A stretch of DNA of 64,000 bases, from assembly GCF_964355755.1 (NCBI RefSeq), contig NC_092678.1, forward strand, positions 12,956,352 to 13,020,351, in the 5' to 3' direction. Shown piece by piece: positions 62,760 through 64,000 of the stretch. Origin of the DNA: Antedon mediterranea. Lineage: Eukaryota; Animalia; Echinodermata. How positions within the stretch are numbered: the first letter of the stretch is position 1; each line of letters opens with the position of its first letter. The position numbers and the translations under genes are program-made. Under the pieces are notes generated by a model, which had not been told where the DNA came from, did no database searches, and worked only from the letters and a program-made list of their open reading frames with translations.

Positions 62760-64000
62760 CACTGCAGTGCATTTCAGCATGGCTCCCTAATCAACATACT
62801 AAAAGTCCCCAAAAATCTAAGCATGGGAAATTTGCTAATTTGCATAATATGCAAATTAGCTTCCGCCATTAGAAAAAAATCAAAATATTGCCATAACTTT
62901 GGATTGGACTGTCCAATTGAAACAAATTAAGTGTTCAAAGGTATGTTGTCATGGTCAGTGAACAAGATAAACATACTTTTAAATTAATTATTTGATTCTA
63001 ATTTGCATAATATGCAAATTAGTTATTGAAATTGTGTAAAACAGATCAGAATTATGCTAAAACTTTAGTTTGGATGGTCTGATTTAAACAATTAAATGTT
63101 CAGAAGTATTAATGACCAATTACCATGATAGCCATATTTTTATTTCAATTCAGTATAATGCATATAATTTACATAATATGCAAATTAGCTCATAAATAGA
63201 AGTACCTTTATTCTGGGTACAAACATTAGACTGGAAGCACCTAACTAAATAAGCAAGTACCGGTAAGGTTTTGGCAGAAAATATAAATGAACTAGAAGTC
63301 ATATATCAGAAAGTCAGCAAAAGTATTCATAATATATAAACAAGACAGTCATACCCTTAATCAAATTACAGTTTATGAATATTTACAAAATATGCAAATT
63401 ACCAATAGACTGGATACACAAATATACAACAAACAAGTGGGGTTTTCCTGAATACATGAACCATATAAAAAAGTCATCACATCTATGTGTGAATATTGTA
63501 CATCATGAATTTCAGGTTTTACCATACACTGCATCCAGATTGTTAGGAATCAGTTATATAAATCATTTTGGAACATTTCATAGAATGGGACTCATTGCCA
63601 CTTTTACACCAGAAAAATGTCTACATAAACCTGTACCTAGAATGTCAGTTACAACATCATCAAAGTAGGCAGGATTAACATCAAAACTTTCAAATCCCAG
63701 CACACAGGACTTCAATCAATGGAAGTGTATGATTCAACGTATCATGTTGATCTTCTGTGGGACGTTTGCTCTTCGCCCCAAAATGCCTGGGTGGTCAGGT
63801 CTAATGCAGGCCGTAAATCATGGTAATTATCCTGGAAAATCATCGATGCGATTCCTGCTCATGATAGATTTAAATCCATCTGACATGTCATGTATCTTCT
63901 CCACACTCTCGTATGTTTGTGAACAAGCTAAGTCATACAATGTCACACTGGTTATTACATTTGATCAACCACTTTGGTGGAAAGCCATGATGATCATCGA
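62760..64000 (+). mobile_element. Left part of a DNA transposon with frameshifted transposase-like sequence (CMC/Chapaev-like, tentative); runs off the window
   Basis: Putative CAC terminus at 62760 and repeated subterminal palindromes. Translated pieces GTFHRMGLIATFTP, MPGWSGLMQ, MIDLNPSDMSCIFSTLSYVCEQA..VITFDQPLWWKA across different frames. The superfamily assignment is from memory. Confidence 0.65.

Overview
AT-rich eukaryotic genomic DNA with many spliceosomal introns. It is probably from an invertebrate deuterostome such as an echinoderm (inferred from a Deu-domain SINE, the repeat landscape and gene content). Four genes could be reconstructed by hand. (1) The 3' half of a plexin-like receptor (+, 227-14782): IPT domains, TM helix and split GAP/RBD cytoplasmic region, with both catalytic-arginine motifs apparently lost. 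(2) A convergent ~1135-aa secreted mosaic protein (-, 43404-15884): signal peptide, 2x F5/8C discoidin, unassigned beta-rich domains, a C-type lectin domain and a Cys-rich C-terminus. (3) A complete 11-exon cytosolic seryl-tRNA synthetase (-, 57483-46656). (4) The first coding exon of a secreted, prohormone-like precursor (+, 62311-62442). Introns hold a near-full-length Rex/Babar-type LINE, other LINE fragments, a truncated LTR element, nested hAT-like elements with 5- and 6-bp TSDs, MITEs, HINE-like elements, SINEs and several minisatellites. The most unusual structure is a 15 x 89-bp array built from the branch point, 3' splice site and most of a real coding exon of gene 2. It places 14 stop-containing, donor-less acceptors in front of the functional exon. 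All exon models are manual and untested against transcripts.
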